From Desulfotignum sp. (GTDB taxonomy: Bacteria > Desulfobacterota > Desulfobacteria > Desulfobacterales > Desulfobacteraceae), in NCBI GenBank assembly GCA_011390635.1, contig JAABSA010000001.1, forward strand, positions 80,623 to 144,622: a stretch of 64,000 nt of DNA. The letters run 5' to 3'. How positions within the stretch are numbered: the first letter of the stretch is position 1; the number at the start of each line of letters is the position of its first letter. Made by a program: the position numbers and the translations under genes. This document shows, in pieces, positions 61,668 to 64,000 of the stretch. The notes below the pieces were generated by a model, which did not search any database, was not told the origin of the DNA, and saw nothing but the letters and a program-made list of their open reading frames with translations.

Positions 61668-64000
61668 TTAAAAAAGCAACCCATTGGACCGGGCATATTC
61701 TTTTGCAAAAGCAATCTCTTTCTCCCGGGTATCCAGGCCGTCGTCCAACTTGGCATTGCGCACCTCATTTAAAATCCGGGTAAACGCCGGTCCGGGTTTC
61801 ACCCCGATTTTGATCAGCTCTTTTCCCCTTATCAGGGGTTTGACATGCCGGTAATCGGTATAAAAATTGGAAATGGCTTTGCGAACCGCCTCTTTTTTTG
61901 ACAGAGCCATCATATAGATGATAAATTCAGTCTTAAAATTGATCAATGCCCAGTACAGTTTCTGGCGGGAGATCGGGAAAGCGGATTCAATGAAACCAAG
62001 GCGGTTTTCCGCTTTATACCGGTTTTCCAAAAGCAGGCACTTTTCACTGACCGGCATCATCAGCCGGTCACATATCTGTTCACACACCTTAAAGGAACAC
62101 CGGTTGAGCAGTACCATAAAATACACCGCCCACCTGGGGTATGTTTCATCCACATAAAGCAAATCATGCCATGCCAGGGCTTTATTTGCCGATTCAAACA
62201 TTTGATAGGTATGGGGATTGATCTCAAGCCGCGGGTGAATGACTTTTTCAAGCCCGTAGGTTTCCATTGTGTGAATGGCAGGAATGGGGTTTTCTTCACT
62301 GAATATCTGCTTGAGTTCCGACAGCACCCGAAGCCCGCTCAGATTTTTAAAGCAGTCTACTTTAATGGCATTTTTGATGAGATTGGATGTCACCTTGCCG
62401 ATCTGGAAACCGAACCGGTTGGAAAATTTAATGGCCCTGAATATCCGGGTGGGATCTTCCACAAAACTTAGATTATGGAGGGTACGGATGGTTTTGTCTT
62501 TCAGGTCCCGATTGGCACCGAAATAATCAATCATGGTGCCGAAGCTGTCCGGATTCAGGCTCAGCGCAAGGGTGTTGATGGTGAAGTCCCGTCTGGCCAG
62601 ATCCCTTTTGATGGAGCTTTTTTCCACAATGGGAAGGGCAGCGGGGAAATTATAGTATTCCAGCCGGGCGGATGCCACGTCCACTTTGACATTATCGGGA
62701 AATATGATCACAGCAGTGCCGAATTTTTTGTGGGTATTCACCCGGCAGTTCCTTTTTTGGGCAAAGTGTTTGGCAAAAGCGATCCCGTCACCTTCCACCA
62801 CAATATCAATATCATCCACCCGGCGCTGCAACAGCAGGTCTCTGACAAACCCGCCCACCACATAAAGTCTGAGATTGAGTTCATCTCCTGTTCTGCCGAT
62901 GGATTTGAGCAGATCCAGGGTATCGGCATCCAGCCGCTGCTCCATGATATTGTGGATTCTGCGCTTTTTGGTATTCTGTCTTTTAAAGATAAGCTGGTCT
63001 GTATGTTTCACCGCCTTATCGTGGGCAACCAGATAATTGAGCAGATCGGTGCGGGTGATAACACCTGTGATCCCGCCATTGTCAATGACCGGGATAATCC
63101 GCTGTTTTTCTTCGATGATTTTATATTCGATCTCGGCAATGTCCGCATCTGATGAGACGGATGTCGCTTCTGAATTCATGTATTCTTCCACCGGTCTGTC
63201 TTTGAGTTTGTGGAAAAAAATTTTTTCAAGCACCTGGCGGGTGATATATCCTTCATAGGCGTTTTTATGTTCATCCACCACCAGAAGGGTGTTGATATTA
63301 TACCGGGTCATGATACTGCCTGCCTTTTCACAGGAAGCTTTCGGTCCAATGGTAATGGCAGGAGATGACATCAGCGTTTTGGCCACCTGTATCTTTGTGG
63401 TGGCCTCTTTTACCTGGTCAATGACCATATGTTCCACCTGGGTAAGGGTATGGTTTTCCACTTTGGCGGATGCGGCATACGCATGGCCGCCGCCGCCGAA
63501 ACCCGACAGAATTTTGCCCACATCCACTTCCGGTATCCGGTTTCTGGCAATAATATTGATTTTGTTGCCCATGAGCACAATGGCAAAATACAGGTCCAGG
63601 CTTTCCATGCGCACAATTTTCTGGACAATGGATGCCAGGTCCGTAATATAGGCGGAAGAAGAGATGGTGGATATGTGAACATCAATACCGTTGATTTTGT
63701 GGACGGTCATTTCATTGAGCAGTTCATTGAGCCAGGTAACCTGTTCCGCCTTGATCTCCCTGACCACCAGACTGACAATGGTGTTGAGGCTGGCACCGCA
63801 AGACAAAAGGTATCCTGCCTGGATAAAATCCTGCCTGGTAGTGGAAGAATGGGTGAACAACCCGGTGTCTTCATATATCCCCAGGGCCATGACAGTGGCT
63901 TCTTCCGGGGTGGGAATGATATTTTTTTCCTGGAGTATCTCAGTCAATATGGTGACGGTGGCACCATAGGGTTTGAAAATTTCCATGGTGGCTGTCACAT
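61668..64000 (-). CDS. DHH/DHHA1 - CBS pair - polyA polymerase/CCA-adding nucleotidyltransferase fusion protein; N-terminus probably beyond the window end
   Basis: GGGGHAYAASA (DHHA1), two CBS-like segments, then LYVVGGFVRDLLL..DIDIVV (NTase head) and RRDFTINTLA. The frame is still open at position 64000, and the expected DHH motif is not seen in the window. Confidence 0.85.
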   Translation of the reverse strand, partial: VTATMEIFKPYGATVTILTEILQEKNIIPTPEEATVMALGIYEDTGLFTHSSTTRQDFIQAGYLLSCGASLNTIVSLVVREIKAEQVTWLNELLNEMTVHKINGIDVHISTISSSAYITDLASIVQKIVRMESLDLYFAIVLMGNKINIIARNRIPEVDVGKILSGFGGGGHAYAASAKVENHTLTQVEHMVIDQVKEATTKIQVAKTLMSSPAITIGPKASCEKAGSIMTRYNINTLLVVDEHKNAYEGYITRQVLEKIFFHKLKDRPVEEYMNSEATSVSSDADIAEIEYKIIEEKQRIIPVIDNGGITGVITRTDLLNYLVAHDKAVKHTDQLIFKRQNTKKRRIHNIMEQRLDADTLDLLKSIGRTGDELNLRLYVVGGFVRDLLLQRRVDDIDIVVEGDGIAFAKHFAQKRNCRVNTHKKFGTAVIIFPDNVKVDVASARLEYYNFPAALPIVEKSSIKRDLARRDFTINTLALSLNPDSFGTMIDYFGANRDLKDKTIRTLHNLSFVEDPTRIFRAIKFSNRFGFQIGKVTSNLIKNAIKVDCFKNLSGLRVLSELKQIFSEENPIPAIHTMETYGLEKVIHPRLEINPHTYQMFESANKALAWHDLLYVDETYPRWAVYFMVLLNRCSFKVCEQICDRLMMPVSEKCLLLENRYKAENRLGFIESAFPISRQKLYWALINFKTEFIIYMMALSKKEAVRKAISNFYTDYRHVKPLIRGKELIKIGVKPGPAFTRILNEVRNAKLDDGLDTREKEIAFAKEYARSNGLLF

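Noticed and set aside
1-64000. CRISPR arrays, IS elements/transposases, prophage, toxin-antitoxin pairs or recognisable anti-phage defence cassettes.
   Set aside because: By eye I saw no spaced direct-repeat array. No ORF has transposase, integrase, nuclease-helicase or other defence-type motifs. The window is almost entirely housekeeping and energy-metabolism genes.

Overview
Gene-dense 64-kb segment with about 60 genes on both strands. I saw no rRNA, CRISPR array, transposase or integrase. The content looks like core chromosome of a sulfate-reducing, Desulfobacteraceae-like deltaproteobacterium; this is an inference from dsrC, an Hdr/Flx-type operon, an AhbA/B-type siroheme decarboxylase gene and apparent selenocysteine use. 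All homology calls were made by eye from motifs in the translations, and no searches were run.

Housekeeping genes: parE (partial), ptsH-ptsI, smpB plus tmRNA, a flavodiiron protein, ppdK and its regulatory kinase, an ABC-F ATPase, queH, yggS, maf, rarD, tRNA-Leu(UAA), murA, comEC, mlaEFD plus mlaA, miaA, pfk, kdsD, a ClC channel, truA, argJ, trpS, and a partial DHH-CBS-nucleotidyltransferase fusion.

Most interesting observations:
1. Two in-frame UGA codons that the ORF track reads as stops. Read as selenocysteine, they restore a 1041-codon tandem HdrA-like protein and a 141-codon MvhD/FlxD-like protein. Both lie in a five-gene hdrA-flxDCBA-like operon that ends next to dsrC and has no hdrBC.
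2. A 1296-aa protein that fuses a helical N-terminus and about 25 pentapeptide repeats to a class I (CyaA-type) adenylate cyclase core. It sits directly upstream of an HPr/Enzyme I pair with no Enzyme II.
3. An orphan PilB/GspE-family ATPase with an MshEN-like N-terminus and an intact C-terminal cyclic-nucleotide-binding domain.
4. A 1401-aa fused double-activase/dehydratase-like (double-cubane-type) protein translationally coupled to a small ribbon-helix-helix protein.
5. An exported pseudo-receiver operon divergent from an orphan cheR.

None of these can be called a new system from sequence alone. Each finding has a stated test.
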